Source: Kiritimatiellia bacterium (GTDB lineage: Bacteria; Verrucomicrobiota; Kiritimatiellia; RFP12; UBA1067). Taken from it: DNA of 64,000 nucleotides. A program made the translations under genes and the position numbers. The notes beneath the pieces were generated by a model that did not search any database, had not been told where the DNA came from, and saw nothing but the letters and a program-made list of their open reading frames with translations. The stretch spans positions 1,440,001-1,504,000 of the forward strand of contig JBMNFY010000017.1 in the NCBI GenBank assembly GCA_050949565.1, given 5' to 3'. How positions within the stretch are numbered: position 1 is the first letter of the stretch; every line of letters begins with the position of its first letter. Below are positions 18,637 to 31,322 of this stretch, in pieces.

Positions 18637-19027
18637 AAACTCCTTGCCTATAAATTGACGGTATTTCCCGCTCCGCGGGCACATGTATCCAGAGTTTTCA
18701 GGATTGAACAACATCATGTTTTGTGTGTGCGCAGTCGGGAGCGCGGGCGTCCCCGCCCGCTCTGTGAAAGGCCGATCGAGATTCCGATGCGCGGCATCCG
18801 GGCTCGCGGAGCGCCGGGAGGGGCAAGCGTCTGCTTGCCCGCGGACGAGCAGACGCTCGTCCCTCCCCCTGCGGGCAAAACAAAAAAAATCTGCGCAATC
18901 TGTGCAAATCTGCGGATAAAACCGGAAAACCGCAAGACACGTTGTTGCGGGCGAGGACGCCCGCGCTCCCGACTCCCTGTCCTCCTTTTCACCAGAAACG
19001 CATGATTTTCGCCCCCTGTCGCTAACC
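18637..19027. repeat. Composite intergenic repeat mosaic
   Basis: REP-like inverted pair (about 18734-18760 / 18947-18973), inner hairpin doublet and atctgcgcaatctgtgcaaatctgcgg tract; 18931-19027 is closely similar to the reverse complement of 39670-39765; 18721-18760 is identical to 23438-23477. Confidence 0.8.
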
Positions 19028-19975
19028 AACTCCGCGCGTAGCGCGGCGACCGCCCCACTTCTTCGATGCGTTTTCGCGGATCCAGGCGCGGGAGACGTTC
19101 ACGGCATCAAGATTCATGTCCACGAGCGGGGTGCAGTGGAAGATCAGCCCGTCGATCGCTCCGGCGGCGAGGAGCCGCGAGGCCTGCGCGAGTTGGTTTT
19201 CCATCACCGCGCCCGGCATCTGTTTGCGGCCGCCGAAGTCGTACATGTATTGCCCGAGCAGGATCGGCTTCTCCGATCCGATCAAATCCCTGAGTTTCTC
19301 GACCCGCGCCTCAATGGTGCCGACGTTCTTACCGTGCCAGAACCAGAATGTGACTTCGTCGCAAAGGTCAAGGACGCTCTTGAATTCGGGCTTGATGTCG
19401 TTCGCATCGGAGTAGAGCACGACACCGAGCTTCATGCCGCGTTCGCTGGTACCGCGCTGTACTTCACGAATCGCGTCGAGCGAAAGCCCGTAGCCCTTGT
19501 AGCTGAAGAAATCATCCATGATGAGCGTCGTCAGGTTCGGCATCTTGTCGGCGTACTCGAAGCCCAGCCTGACCTTCTCCTCGAAGCTCTCTTCCGCGCT
19601 GTCGGTGATTGAGAAACCGATCCGCTTCATATTGCGGAACTGCTTCATGTATTCCGGCAACTCCGCTTTCTTGGGGTTGTTCGTCCAGCGGACGACAAAG
19701 CATCCCGGAATGCCCATGGACTTACAGGCATCAGCCATATCAATGCGCGTATCGTAGGGAAGGTTGTACTGCTCCTTGCTACCCTTGAGCGCCTTGAACG
19801 AATCGCGGTGGTGCCCCCACATCCACAGGCGATCGCCGATTGTGTCCCCGTATGGCACACGTCCGTCGCGCCCGACTCCACCGCATATCCGGCACCCGCC
19901 GGTCACCGCCGCCGCAGCCGTGAGAGCGGACACTTTCATGAATTCTTGTCTGTTCATCGAAGCAAAACGCTGCAT
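19022..19975 (-). CDS. Exported hypothetical protein, possibly TIM-barrel glycoside-hydrolase-like
   Basis: Strong AGGAGG RBS; Tat-like NRQEFMK leader and GGC; alternating beta/alpha pattern with a DDFF motif. Confidence 0.6.
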   Translation of the reverse strand: MQRFASMNRQEFMKVSALTAAAAVTGGCRICGGVGRDGRVPYGDTIGDRLWMWGHHRDSFKALKGSKEQYNLPYDTRIDMADACKSMGIPGCFVVRWTNNPKKAELPEYMKQFRNMKRIGFSITDSAEESFEEKVRLGFEYADKMPNLTTLIMDDFFSYKGYGLSLDAIREVQRGTSERGMKLGVVLYSDANDIKPEFKSVLDLCDEVTFWFWHGKNVGTIEARVEKLRDLIGSEKPILLGQYMYDFGGRKQMPGAVMENQLAQASRLLAAGAIDGLIFHCTPLVDMNLDAVNVSRAWIRENASKKWGGRRATRGVG

Positions 19976-20078
19976 GCTCTTCCTCCTTTTTACAGACGCG
20001 CTACTGACAGCCTGACGCGGAGCAACGCCCGCAGCACCGGCGGCACCCGCAGTATCGGGAAAACCTCCGCGCGCAACG

Positions 20079-21365
20079 CTACGCCAGCAGGCGCGCGGCG
20101 GCGGTACCGCCGTCTTGCGCGAGGGCGTCCACCATCTCTGCGGTGATGCGGATATCCTTGAGCTTGGCGTTGCTCGGAGCCTCGAACATGATCTCCATCA
20201 TCAGGTCTTCCATGACAGCCCGCAGACCGCGTGCGCCGGTTTTGCGTTGCGTGGCCAGCTTGGCAATGCCGCGCAGCGCGTCGTCATCAAAAGCAAGCGA
20301 GACGCCACCCATGGCGAGTAGCTTCTGGTACTGGCGCACCAGACAGTTCTTGGGCTCGGTAAGAATACGCACCAGATCGTCTTCGGTCATCTCGCTCATT
20401 GAGGTGATCACCGGCAGACGACCGACAAATTCCGGGATCAGGCCGAAGCGGATCAGGTCTTCCGGCTGTACAGACAGCGGCGCAGGACGCCCGTCCTTGG
20501 CGGTGGATTTGCGCGTGTTCTTGTGCTGCTCGCCATAGCCGATGGTCTGACGTCCTTCGCGCTGGCGTACGATGGTTTCCAGCCCCACGAAGGAGCCGCC
20601 GCAGATGAAGAGGACATTGCGCGTATTGATCGCGATGTACTCCTGCTGCGGGTGTTTGCGGCCGCCCTGCGGCGGCACACGCGAAATGACGCCCTCAAGG
20701 ATCTTGAGCAACGCCTGCTGCACGCCTTCACCGGAGACGTCGCGTGTGATCGAGACGTTCTCGGTCTTGCGGGCGATCTTGTCGATCTCATCGATATAGA
20801 CGATGCCGCGCTCGGCCTTGGCGACATCCATATCCGCCGCTTGAAGCAGGTAGAGCAGGATGTTTTCGACGTCCTCGCCCACATAACCGGCCTCGGTGAT
20901 GGTGGTAGCGTCGGCAATCGCGAACGGCACATCCAGCAGGCGCGCCAGCGTGCGCGCAAAGAGCGTCTTGCCGCAACCGGTGGGACCGATGAGCAGGATA
21001 TTGCTCTTTTCGATCTCCACGTCTGCGAAAGGATCAGACTTGCCGCCAGTCGGCTGGTTCAAGCGTTTGTAGTGGTTATGCACCGCGACCGCGAGCATTC
21101 TCTTGGTGTGGTCGTGGCCGATGATGTACTGGTCGAGGAATTCCTTGATCTCAGCGGGCGGCGGCACTTTAAGGGCCGGTAGCGTAGACGCATCACTGCT
21201 CTTCTTTTGCGGCGAGTTTTCACTGATGATCCTGGCGCAGATATCGACGCACTCTTCGCAGATGTTCACGTCGGGGCCAGGAATGATCAGCACACCGGAG
21301 CGTGCATTCCTGCCGCAAAATGAGCAGGCCAAGTCGCCTGACGAACTTGAAGAGCGACGGGCCAT
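20079..21365 (-). CDS. clpX: ATP-dependent Clp protease ATP-binding subunit
   Basis: C4 zinc finger (CSFC, CEEC), [35 protein letters not shown]. Confidence 0.98.
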   Translation of the reverse strand: MARRSSSSSGDLACSFCGRNARSGVLIIPGPDVNICEECVDICARIISENSPQKKSSDASTLPALKVPPPAEIKEFLDQYIIGHDHTKRMLAVAVHNHYKRLNQPTGGKSDPFADVEIEKSNILLIGPTGCGKTLFARTLARLLDVPFAIADATTITEAGYVGEDVENILLYLLQAADMDVAKAERGIVYIDEIDKIARKTENVSITRDVSGEGVQQALLKILEGVISRVPPQGGRKHPQQEYIAINTRNVLFICGGSFVGLETIVRQREGRQTIGYGEQHKNTRKSTAKDGRPAPLSVQPEDLIRFGLIPEFVGRLPVITSMSEMTEDDLVRILTEPKNCLVRQYQKLLAMGGVSLAFDDDALRGIAKLATQRKTGARGLRAVMEDLMMEIMFEAPSNAKLKDIRITAEMVDALAQDGGTAAARLLA

Positions 21366-21366
21366 C

Positions 21367-21978
21367 TTATTTCTCCTGCACGCGTTTTACCAAAACCTCG
21401 TCAACAAGCCCGTACGTCTTGGCTTCGTCGGCAGACATGAAGAAGTCGCGTTCGGTATCTTTCGCCAGCGTGGTGGCTTTCTTGCCGGTGTGTGCGGCGA
21501 GGATTTCGTTGAGGCGGTCTTTGAGGCGCAGGATCTCTTTGGCCGCAATGCTGATATCGGTCGCCTTGCCTTCCGCGCCGCCCCAGGGCTGGTGGATCAT
21601 GATACGCGCGTTGGGTAGCGAGTAGCGCTTGCCCTTGGTGCCAGCCGCCAACAGTACAGCACCCATGCTCGCCGCCTGGCCCACGCAATAAGTCGCGATG
21701 TCGCAAGTGACGAACTGCATGGTGTCGTAGATAGCGAGGCCAGCGGTCACCGAACCGCCCGGCGAGTTGATGTAGACCGAGATGTCCTTGGTGGCATCCT
21801 GCGACTGCAGGAAGAGCAGTTGGGCGATGACCAGATTGCTGATCTCATCGCTGATTGCCGTGCCGATGAACACAATGCGGTCTTGCAACAACCGCGAATA
21901 GATATCGTAGGCGCGTTCGCCGCGACCGGTCTGTTCAACCACGATCGGCACGAGAACGCTGTCTTGGGGATTGATCAT
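21367..21978 (-). CDS. clpP: Clp protease proteolytic subunit
   Basis: [30 protein letters not shown]. Confidence 0.98.
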   Translation of the reverse strand: MINPQDSVLVPIVVEQTGRGERAYDIYSRLLQDRIVFIGTAISDEISNLVIAQLLFLQSQDATKDISVYINSPGGSVTAGLAIYDTMQFVTCDIATYCVGQAASMGAVLLAAGTKGKRYSLPNARIMIHQPWGGAEGKATDISIAAKEILRLKDRLNEILAAHTGKKATTLAKDTERDFFMSADEAKTYGLVDEVLVKRVQEK

Positions 21979-21990
21979 AGTGGGCCTCGT

Positions 21991-23283
21991 TTATTTCTTG
22001 GCTGCATCCAGCAGGCTCTGCATGGTCTTCTCGTCGCGGATCCGGGAACGCAACATATCCATGCGGTCGTTCTTTTCGATCTGAGCGCGGATCTTCTCGG
22101 GCGTGGAACGTTGTCCTGCGGCCAGCGTCTGAATCTTGGCGTCGACCTCGTCATCGCTAACCGTGATGCCTTCCTCCTCCGCGATGCGGCCAAGCAGGTA
22201 GCGCAAGCGCAGTTGGCGCTTGGCGGTGAGGGTGGCGCTCTCAATGATTGCATCGCGGTTCTGCTCCAACTCTTCGCGCGTGAGACCGCGGTAATGCGCC
22301 TCGTTCACCACGGTGTCGAGCACGGCATTGATCTCGTCCGCGACAAGTGACTCGGGCAGGTCGAACTCGGCTTTCTTGAGCAGAAACTCGACCACGGTGT
22401 CTCTACGGCGCTGCTCCTCGGCCTGTACCGCAGCCTCCAGCATACGTTTGCGGGTCTGGTCGCGCAGTTGGTCAAGCGTTTCGAGCTTGAACTGCGCCAG
22501 CAGTTCGGCGTCTTCCGCCACCTGACGCGTGCGAACAAGTTTGGGTGTCACAGTGTACACGGCTTTCTTGCCGCGCAGCGCTTCGATCGGATGATCCTTG
22601 GGAAACTTGACCTTGACCTCTTGGGTCTCGCCGACCTTCACGCCAACGAGCGCATCGAGAACCTCTTGGACAAAGCGTCCTTCCTCAATCTGCACCCAGA
22701 AACCGGTGCCTTCGGAGATCGGCTTGGCCTCCTCCGCCAGCGTGTGGATCGGCTGGTCATCCACAAGACCCGTGAAATCGATACTGACCAGATCGCCGGC
22801 CGCGATCGCGTATTCAGGAGCTGCTTCTTCAAATTTGGCAAAGGCTTTGCGCAACTGGTCGAGTTGCTCATCGACCTGTTCTTCGGTGACGGTCGGCTCA
22901 TCGAAAGTGACCGGAATCTTCTTGTACTTCGGCAGGTCAAACTCCGGCTCGGCATCGACCGTCATTGTAAAGGTGATGCCGGTTTCGGGCGAGAAGAGCA
23001 CGTTGTCGATATCGCGCAGTGCCACCATTTTGACACCGGCCTGTTCCAGCGCAGGCTTGTAGAAGGCCTGGAAGAGCCGTCTCTGCACCTCCTCCATAAT
23101 CTGCGAATGGAACTCGCGCTTGATGATCTCGCGCGGCACCTTGCCGGGACGGAAGCCGGGGACGCGTCCTTCGCGCATAAAGACCTTCAGCACTTCGTCA
23201 TAGTCGTTGCGGGTCTCATCCGCCTCGGCCTTTACGATCAGCTTGACCTTACACGGGCCGACATTCTGGGTATCCACTTTCAT
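21991..23283 (-). CDS. tig: Trigger factor
   Basis: PGFRPGKVP signature, FKBP-like middle domain, tig-clpP-clpX order. Confidence 0.95.
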   Translation of the reverse strand: MKVDTQNVGPCKVKLIVKAEADETRNDYDEVLKVFMREGRVPGFRPGKVPREIIKREFHSQIMEEVQRRLFQAFYKPALEQAGVKMVALRDIDNVLFSPETGITFTMTVDAEPEFDLPKYKKIPVTFDEPTVTEEQVDEQLDQLRKAFAKFEEAAPEYAIAAGDLVSIDFTGLVDDQPIHTLAEEAKPISEGTGFWVQIEEGRFVQEVLDALVGVKVGETQEVKVKFPKDHPIEALRGKKAVYTVTPKLVRTRQVAEDAELLAQFKLETLDQLRDQTRKRMLEAAVQAEEQRRRDTVVEFLLKKAEFDLPESLVADEINAVLDTVVNEAHYRGLTREELEQNRDAIIESATLTAKRQLRLRYLLGRIAEEEGITVSDDEVDAKIQTLAAGQRSTPEKIRAQIEKNDRMDMLRSRIRDEKTMQSLLDAAKK

Positions 23284-23394
23284 CCGATTTCAAAACCTTT
23301 CGCTACTTTCGCCTCTTCCGCTATCAAAAAAGTCAGACAGGGTAACATGCCTCCACCCCGAATTCACGCAAAAAAGCACACCGCGCGGTAATTG

Positions 23395-23583
23395 GTAATC
23401 GTTTAGTAACAAGGAGCATGCGAGTTTAGTGCGTGGTTTGTGTGTGCGCAGTCGGGAGCGCGGGCGTCCCCGCCCGCAGAAAGTTGAACGTTGAGCGTTA
23501 AACGTTTTTTAACTCTGAACGCTGAACGTCGAATGCTGAACGCTGAAGTGAAAAACTCCTAAATCCCAACTCCTAAATTCTCC
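23395..23583. repeat. Intergenic repeat mosaic (degenerate element arm, REP-like hairpin, 7-mer tracts)
   Basis: taatcgtttagtaac...gtgcgtggtt resembles the 46560-46610 arm; gaacgct-type and aactcct-type tracts. Confidence 0.7.
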
Positions 23584-23585
23584 TT

Positions 23586-23619
23586 CGGGTGCTGATTCAA
23601 CCGGTTGAATCAGCACCCG
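23586..23619. terminator. Perfect 34-bp palindrome directly after the rho stop codon
   Basis: cgggtgctgattcaaccggttgaatcagcacccg equals its own reverse complement. Confidence 0.55.
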
Positions 23620-23622
23620 TCA

Positions 23623-25258
<1,636 letters not shown>

Positions 25259-25284
<26 letters not shown>

Positions 25285-25870
25285 TGGCTTTCTCCATCAA
25301 GAAGCGGTAGACTTTTTTCGCTTCCCTCGCCAACGCCTCAGCATCGGCATCATTATGAACCACGAGATGCGATCGGGCGGCTTTTTCCGCAACCGGCATC
25401 TGCGCGGCGATACGTTTACGGGCCTGTTCATCAGTCAGACCTCTAAAACGCATCAGTCGTTCGCGTTGAAGCGCCTCGTTTGAAACGAGGCAGATGATGA
25501 TATCCCAGTCGTCCGTCCATCCCGCCTCAAACAAAAGCGGGATCACGACAATCCTCAGTGTATCTGAAGGTTCCTCCAGCCAGCGCCGCAGGGCCGTCCG
25601 CACCAGCGGGTGCACAACCGCATTCACCTGCCGTCTGGCTTCCGGATCACTGAACACGCGTTCAGCGAGCACGGCACGGTTGATTCCGCCATGCTCATCG
25701 AGAACGGAGGAGCCGAACAGGCGCACCAAATCAGGCACGGCCGCACCGCCGGGCGCCTCCAGGCGGTGCACCACGTCGTCGGCGTCCAACAATTCCACGC
25801 CTAATTGCTCAAGGGCTCGGGAAAAGAGACTTTTACCGCACGCAATGCCGCCGGTTATCGCTACACGCAT
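25259..25870 (-). CDS. coaE: Dephospho-CoA kinase
   Basis: [11 protein letters not shown]-loop, DAD.VVH, HPLV, IPLLFE, RIAAQM. Confidence 0.95.
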
Positions 25871-25910
25871 GACCATGCAGGATCGTCAACAGGGGATAAA
25901 TAACAGGGGC

Positions 25911-25932
25911 GGGATGGACACACGTCCATCCC
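25911..25932 (-). terminator. Possible terminator after the secretin gene
   Basis: gggatggac-acac-gtccatccc stem with an A/T-rich tail on the minus strand. Confidence 0.45.
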
Positions 25933-25993
25933 ATCCCGTAGTACGTACACTGCTGTTGACCAGCGGCGTCCCGTCCCTTGGGGGACTCAGGCC

Positions 25994-28900
25994 TTATTGG
26001 ACGGCCGCATCCGGTGCCGGTGCCGCGCCACCTTCCGGCGCACTCGGAGCCGAAGGCGTACCCGCCGCCAGCAACGCAGACTCGCCGCCGGTCCGCACCA
26101 CGCGGCCGGCAGGATCCACCAAGCGCGCCGTCACGAATACCAGCAGATTACGTTTGATCGACTGCTCAGAACGGCTCCGGAACAGACGGCCGAGGAACGG
26201 CAGATCGCCGAGGAACGGGATCTTGTCCTCCATCGTCTTGCGGTCTTCCGTGATCAGGCCGCCCATGACGACCGTCGCGCCGTTGTAAACCGAAAGCTGT
26301 GTCTGCACCGAGCGCACATGGAAGAAGGGCTGCTCCATCGGCAGATCGTGTACTCGGCTCTCTGCGACACCATAAATGACTCCTCCAGGAGACTCGCTCC
26401 CAGACCCGCTTACGCACGGCCTCGGAATCTTTGTGCCGTAGTTCTTCCAGACCGGCTCAGAAACCACCTGCGGGTTCAGCAACAGGTTGATCATCTGGCC
26501 CTCAGCCGAAACTTCCGGCACCACCTGCAGGATCACGCCCACCTCGCGCATCTCGAAGTTCTGCGGCTCAACCATGAAGGGACCGGACACCGTAGGTGGC
26601 TGAGGAGGTACTGCTGCCGCCCGATGTATTGACCTCTTGGACTTCAAATTCGGTCGGATAGATGTACTCGGTGACGACCTTCATGATGGCTTCCTGCCCC
26701 GACTTGGTAACCACCTTGGGGGCCGACAGCAGATCCGTATCTGAACGCTGGCTCAGCATGTGCAGGATCATAGAGAGGTCAGCATTGCCAAGGAAAGCGT
26801 TGATACGCATGAAATTGTCGTTGATCCTGTTGCCTTCGCCGGCGATTGCGTTACCCTCGGTGCTCAGGTAGCGCTGACCGGTGCTGTAATTGACGCCATC
26901 GATGGCATCAATGCTTGCGTTGTGATTGGGTGCGAGCACCGTGCCGTATTGGCCGGCACCGACCGCACCGGGCTTCAATGTGGCCCCGTCCCATCTATAG
27001 CCACCCTGTCCGGCTGCGCTTCCGGGACGCGTATAGGGCGCATAGCCCATCAGCGGTGTCTCGCCATCAGCCGCAAACAGCGGGTGGCCCGCCGCATCCG
27101 TGAGCTGAGTCGGCTTGTTGCTGAACTCGCGCATGTTGAGCGCTTTGTCGAGGAAACCGCCAGCGTCGAAGCTGAAGTCGCTGTTCAGCAGCCACTCGAA
27201 ACCGAGCGAGTTGAGGTCTTCCTGCGCGACCTCCACGAAGCGCGCCTCAATCTCGATCAAGCGGGGCGTGACGTTAAGGTCTTCCAGAACCTGCTCAAAG
27301 ACAGCGAGTTGCTCAGCCGTATTGGTGACACGCAGCTTGCCGATGGTGGCGAGGTAGGAGATCGAGGAGCCGTCCGGCCACTTCACGCCCAACTGCTCGA
27401 AGAAGACCTTCCAGTCCTGCTTCTGACCCATGTCCGCCGTCTGCATAAAGGTTGTATCGCCGCCGCCGCCCTGCGGCCCCATCTCGCTGATCGCAGCCGT
27501 TACGCGGTCAGTCAGAGACGAGAGCACGTTGTAAGAGCGGGTCATCAGTTCGGTGTCCGGTTCGTTGGCCGGCACGATCATCACGATGTTGCCGCGGATC
27601 TTGAACTTCATGCCGGTCACGTCGCAGACCAGCTTGAGAGCGTCGTAAAGGCTGATGAAGCGGGCGCTCAACGCCGAGATGGTCGGTGCCCCGCCCGGTG
27701 CCGGAGCGGCAGAGACCGGCGCGAAGGGATCCGGATTTTCCGGGGCAGGAGCAGCGGCGGTCGGGGTGGTGCTCAGCTTGAGCACGAGGTTCACGCCGCG
27801 CTGCTCGAGCGGAATTTCGGGCTTGTCGAAATCCCGGCTGGCCTGCTTAAAGAAGTCCACCGCATCGATAATGGTGGCGGGCGGACGGAAAGTGACTTCC
27901 GGAATGACGATATCGCGCAGCTTCTGCTGGACAACCTGCTCGGCCGTCTTGGTGCCCAGTGGATCGATGGTCGGCTCTTTACTTGTGAGATCGCCGCTCC
28001 CCTTGGGGCGCTGTGCACTATCGATGGCGTAGCGATCCGGCGTCCATGACGCACGCACGTCTCGGATCATCTTGCTGCGAGTGGCTTCAAACTCAATGTC
28101 CGAAACAGTTTTCATGCGGTCGGCGATGCGGTCGCGCAACTCCATGGCCTCAACCTCGTAGGGATGATCGCGCAGAATCAACTCACACTCCTCCATCGCT
28201 TTGTCATACTCGGCGGTGGTATAATACTGGCGCGAACGGCGCAGACGGCGCCGGATCTCGTCACGCTGCGTCTTGTATTCTTCCTCGTTGACGCGGTGCG
28301 AAATGCTGGAAGTATCGGCTTCGACCTTCGGCGGCTGACGCTTCAGTGCTTCAATCATACGCTCGGCCTGCGGATGGCCGTACTCTTTGGCCTGTGCGGC
28401 CAGCGGCAGCGCCTTCTCGACATCGGCCGCCTTCATCGCCTGCTTGGCATCCAGATAGAAGGCTTCGGCCATGCCGGCCTTGGCTTCATCGCGTGCAGCC
28501 TGGGTGGCGGGACGATTGCCGATGAACTCAAGCGCTTGCTTGTATTGATCCCGAGCCAACTCGTAGTCGCCAGCAGCCAAAGCTTTACGCGCGGCCTCCA
28601 GCGAGGCGAAGCCGTGGCTATCGAGCGACTTGCGGCGGATGGTCTCCAACGTCACCAGTTCCGATATCAAGCTGGCAGTGTCACCGTCCTGCTGCGCGAC
28701 AGCCGGAGTGGCAGGCGCGGGGGCCGCAGCGGGCTCAGCCGCCGGTGCGGGCGCAGGTTCTGCCGCCGGTGCAGGCGCAGGCTCTGCCGCCGGGGCAGGT
28801 GCGGGCTTTTCCTCAGCCTTGGGCTCTGCTGCGGGAGCAGGAGCGGGCGCAGGCTTTTCTTCAGCCTTAGGCTCTGCTGCGGGAGCAGGTGCCGGGGCGG

Positions 28901-29195
28901 GTTTTTCCTCGGCCTTCGGCTCTGCCGCCGGGGCAGGCGCGGGCTTTTCTTCAGCTTTCGGTTCCGCTGCAGGTGCGGGCGCGGGCGCAGGAGCCGGTTC
29001 GGCGGGTTTGGCCTCCGCCTTGGGCGCCGCCTCTGCGGCTGGAGCCGCCGGTTGCGCCGCCGCCGGTTTCTTACGCTGCCCACCCAAATCCTGCAACAGC
29101 GCTTCGAGATCATCTTGCGCGTACAGGCCGGTCACGGCTCCACAAGCCATGGCCGAAACACTCAACACTAACAACCACCGTTTACTATGCGTCAT
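25994..29195 (-). CDS. Secretin (GspD/PilQ family, Amuc_1098-like), split by a frameshift near 26580-26640
   Basis: Signal peptide, Pro/Ala/Lys repeats, TPR-like helices, IEIEARFVEV, LSAPKVVTKSGQEA in ORF 26568-29195; continues in another frame as REVGVILQVVPEV, GATVVMGGLI, KIPFLGDLPFLGRLFRS, RNLLVFVTARLVDP. Confidence 0.88.
28735..29050 (-). repeat. Coding tandem repeats AAEPKAEEKPAPAP(AP) x4 and AAEPAPAP x3 in the secretin N-terminus
   Basis: Visible in both translation and DNA. Confidence 0.85.
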
Positions 29196-29276
29196 CTGGA
29201 GAGACTCCTAATTTGTGGCAGCATCTTTTCCTTCAACAGGCAATAAAGGGTACCCATATTAGCTTGTGTGACATCA

Positions 29277-30350
29277 CTAATCAAGCTTGGGAATAACTTT
29301 TTGTTGCCCGTTAGCCTCGTTCTCTATCGTGACAACCGTTTTCTCACCATCCACGGTAAGGACGCGGTATGTTTCTTCGCGGACTTTGAACGTGCCACCC
29401 TCCAACACCGTGTACTCGGCATTGTCGAGCGGGAACACGATCACCGCTTCAACATCTGTGACCTTTCCGCCTTCGTTGATTGTCAACGTCATCACCTTGT
29501 TGTCCGACAGTCTTTTCACTTCTACGGTCGAGACGTCCACCCGCATTTTGATGCCGGGCATATTAGGATTCTCGCGCTCGACGGATTTTGCCGTGACCGT
29601 TCCCGCAGCATAACCGGTCTCGCCGATCGGCTCATTCTCGCGCACCCAGTGGGTCCTGCGGATCGGTTCGACTTGGTTAAACACAATCTGGTTTTTGCCA
29701 TCAGGCATCTTGTTGACGCCGCTGAAAATCAATGGCATGCGTTTGCCGCGCAACTCTTTCACGCGCAGGAGACTGACCAGCGGCGGATGTGATTTGGGGT
29801 CTTTCGGATCCGTCTTGGCGATGAACTCCTGAAGGTTGGTAAAGCCGTCGCCGTCGAGGTCGCCGTGGGCGTCCGCAGGGTCGTTCGGATTCAGACCAAG
29901 CGCAATCTCGATGCGATCCGGGATACCGTCGCCGTCGGTATCCAAGTCTGGATCCGCCTCCGCAGGTTTCGGTTGGCCGCCCCCGCAGAAGGGGCATTTC
30001 TCGGCGGCGTAGGGGATGGGTTTCTGGCACTCTTTAACCACGCAGGTCACACGCCGCTCCGGCATCAAAAAACCTGCCTTCTGGGCATCGGGAGTAGCAA
30101 GCTGCAACGGTGTGCGCGCCAACCGGATGGCGTCTTCAAACTCCGTCATGTCGATGGCTTTGAGGGCAGTGGAATCAGGCTTCAGCGAATCGATCCTGAG
30201 CTTGTAGTTCGCCTCTTCACGCTGCCGGGCAGGCCCTGCCGAGCGCGTGAGGTAAAACAGGGAGATGACGAGGCCAATCAGCACCACGACCACGATCACT
30301 TTGTCGTAGTACTTGACGATGGGGTTATTCGCGTTGAATTTCAAGGCCAC
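29277..30350 (-). CDS. Amuc_1099-like pilus-system protein
   Basis: N-terminal TM helix, Cys cluster (C...C ... CPFC), DTDGDGIPD..E and DLDGDGFTNLQEF...TDP.D..SHP motifs, operon position. Confidence 0.7.
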   Translation of the reverse strand: MALKFNANNPIVKYYDKVIVVVVLIGLVISLFYLTRSAGPARQREEANYKLRIDSLKPDSTALKAIDMTEFEDAIRLARTPLQLATPDAQKAGFLMPERRVTCVVKECQKPIPYAAEKCPFCGGGQPKPAEADPDLDTDGDGIPDRIEIALGLNPNDPADAHGDLDGDGFTNLQEFIAKTDPKDPKSHPPLVSLLRVKELRGKRMPLIFSGVNKMPDGKNQIVFNQVEPIRRTHWVRENEPIGETGYAAGTVTAKSVERENPNMPGIKMRVDVSTVEVKRLSDNKVMTLTINEGGKVTDVEAVIVFPLDNAEYTVLEGGTFKVREETYRVLTVDGEKTVVTIENEANGQQKVIPKLD

Positions 30351-30353
30351 GGT

Positions 30354-31322
30354 TTATACTCCCTCAAACGAGTAGACATCGATCTCAAGTTTCACTGCCA
30401 CCGGCGGTTCCAGTTCGGGATCGGTCACAATCCGTTCGACATGCGACAACTTGGCCGGATCGACAGGTTCCGCCGCGCCTTCGGCGGCAGCCTTCGAAGA
30501 ACTCTCTTTTCTCTTGGCGTTGAACTGCGCCAAGGGATCGGCCGTCTTGCGCAACTCGGCTTCGGCCACAACCACAAACATATCCATGGCCGCCAGCCGG
30601 TTCAGCGCCTCAATGAGCGCAACAGGGCGCGCGACGAATTCGAGCGTAAAGCGCTGGCTGGTCCAATACGCCGACTCCGTGCGTGCGGCGGCCCCGGATG
30701 CTCTGGCACTTCCGCCGCTGTCATCCCGGCGACGGGAACGGCGGCGCGAGGACGACTCCTGTTCCTCTTCCTCTTTTTTCACGACGTCAAAGACCTCGCG
30801 GGAAACGCTTCTCAACTCCATGATGCCGGCTGCGTAAAGCTCCTCACAGAGCTTCTCGATGATGGTCAGTTGCGCGGTCAGGCGATCCACATGTTCTGAC
30901 GCAGGCAGACTGTCGGACTGGCCAAGGTATTGGTCGAAGCCGAAGTTAAATCCGGGGGCGACAACCCTGCCCTGCACCGCACCGGCCTGAGCGGAGAGTT
31001 TGCGGACCGTAGCTTGAAGCGTCTGCTTGAAACTGGTCGGCGTTTTGGATTCAATCTGGAGGTCGCCTTTGTGAAGCTGATTGGAGGCGGTCACGAGCCA
31101 GCCTTCCAGCACCTTCTGATCCTCGCCGACGCGCGCGATATTCTCGTCGCTGGGGAAAACCTTGCCCCGGTAGATCTGCTGCAACGCCTGATATGCCTGG
31201 TCACGCTCTTCTGCCGCCCTGTTTTTGGCGGTTGTTTGGGTAAAGAGGAACCAGCCGGCAACGCCGCAGACAGCGGCCATCACGATGCCGCAAACGATCA
31301 TTATGATCTGTTGACGTTTCAT
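30354..31322 (-). CDS. Amuc_1100-like (PilO-position) pilus-system protein
   Basis: N-terminal TM helix, coiled coil, FNFGFDQY...LP motif, position after PilM. Confidence 0.7.
   Translation of the reverse strand: MKRQQIIMIVCGIVMAAVCGVAGWFLFTQTTAKNRAAEERDQAYQALQQIYRGKVFPSDENIARVGEDQKVLEGWLVTASNQLHKGDLQIESKTPTSFKQTLQATVRKLSAQAGAVQGRVVAPGFNFGFDQYLGQSDSLPASEHVDRLTAQLTIIEKLCEELYAAGIMELRSVSREVFDVVKKEEEEQESSSRRRSRRRDDSGGSARASGAAARTESAYWTSQRFTLEFVARPVALIEALNRLAAMDMFVVVAEAELRKTADPLAQFNAKRKESSSKAAAEGAAEPVDPAKLSHVERIVTDPELEPPVAVKLEIDVYSFEGV

Noticed and set aside
23284-23400. tRNA upstream of tig, as found in many bacteria
   Set aside because: No cloverleaf or T-loop GTTCRA motif is recognisable.
26568-26650. 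Programmed ribosomal frameshift or phase variation in the secretin
   Set aside because: No slippery heptamer or homopolymer tract, and other indel errors are evident in the window.
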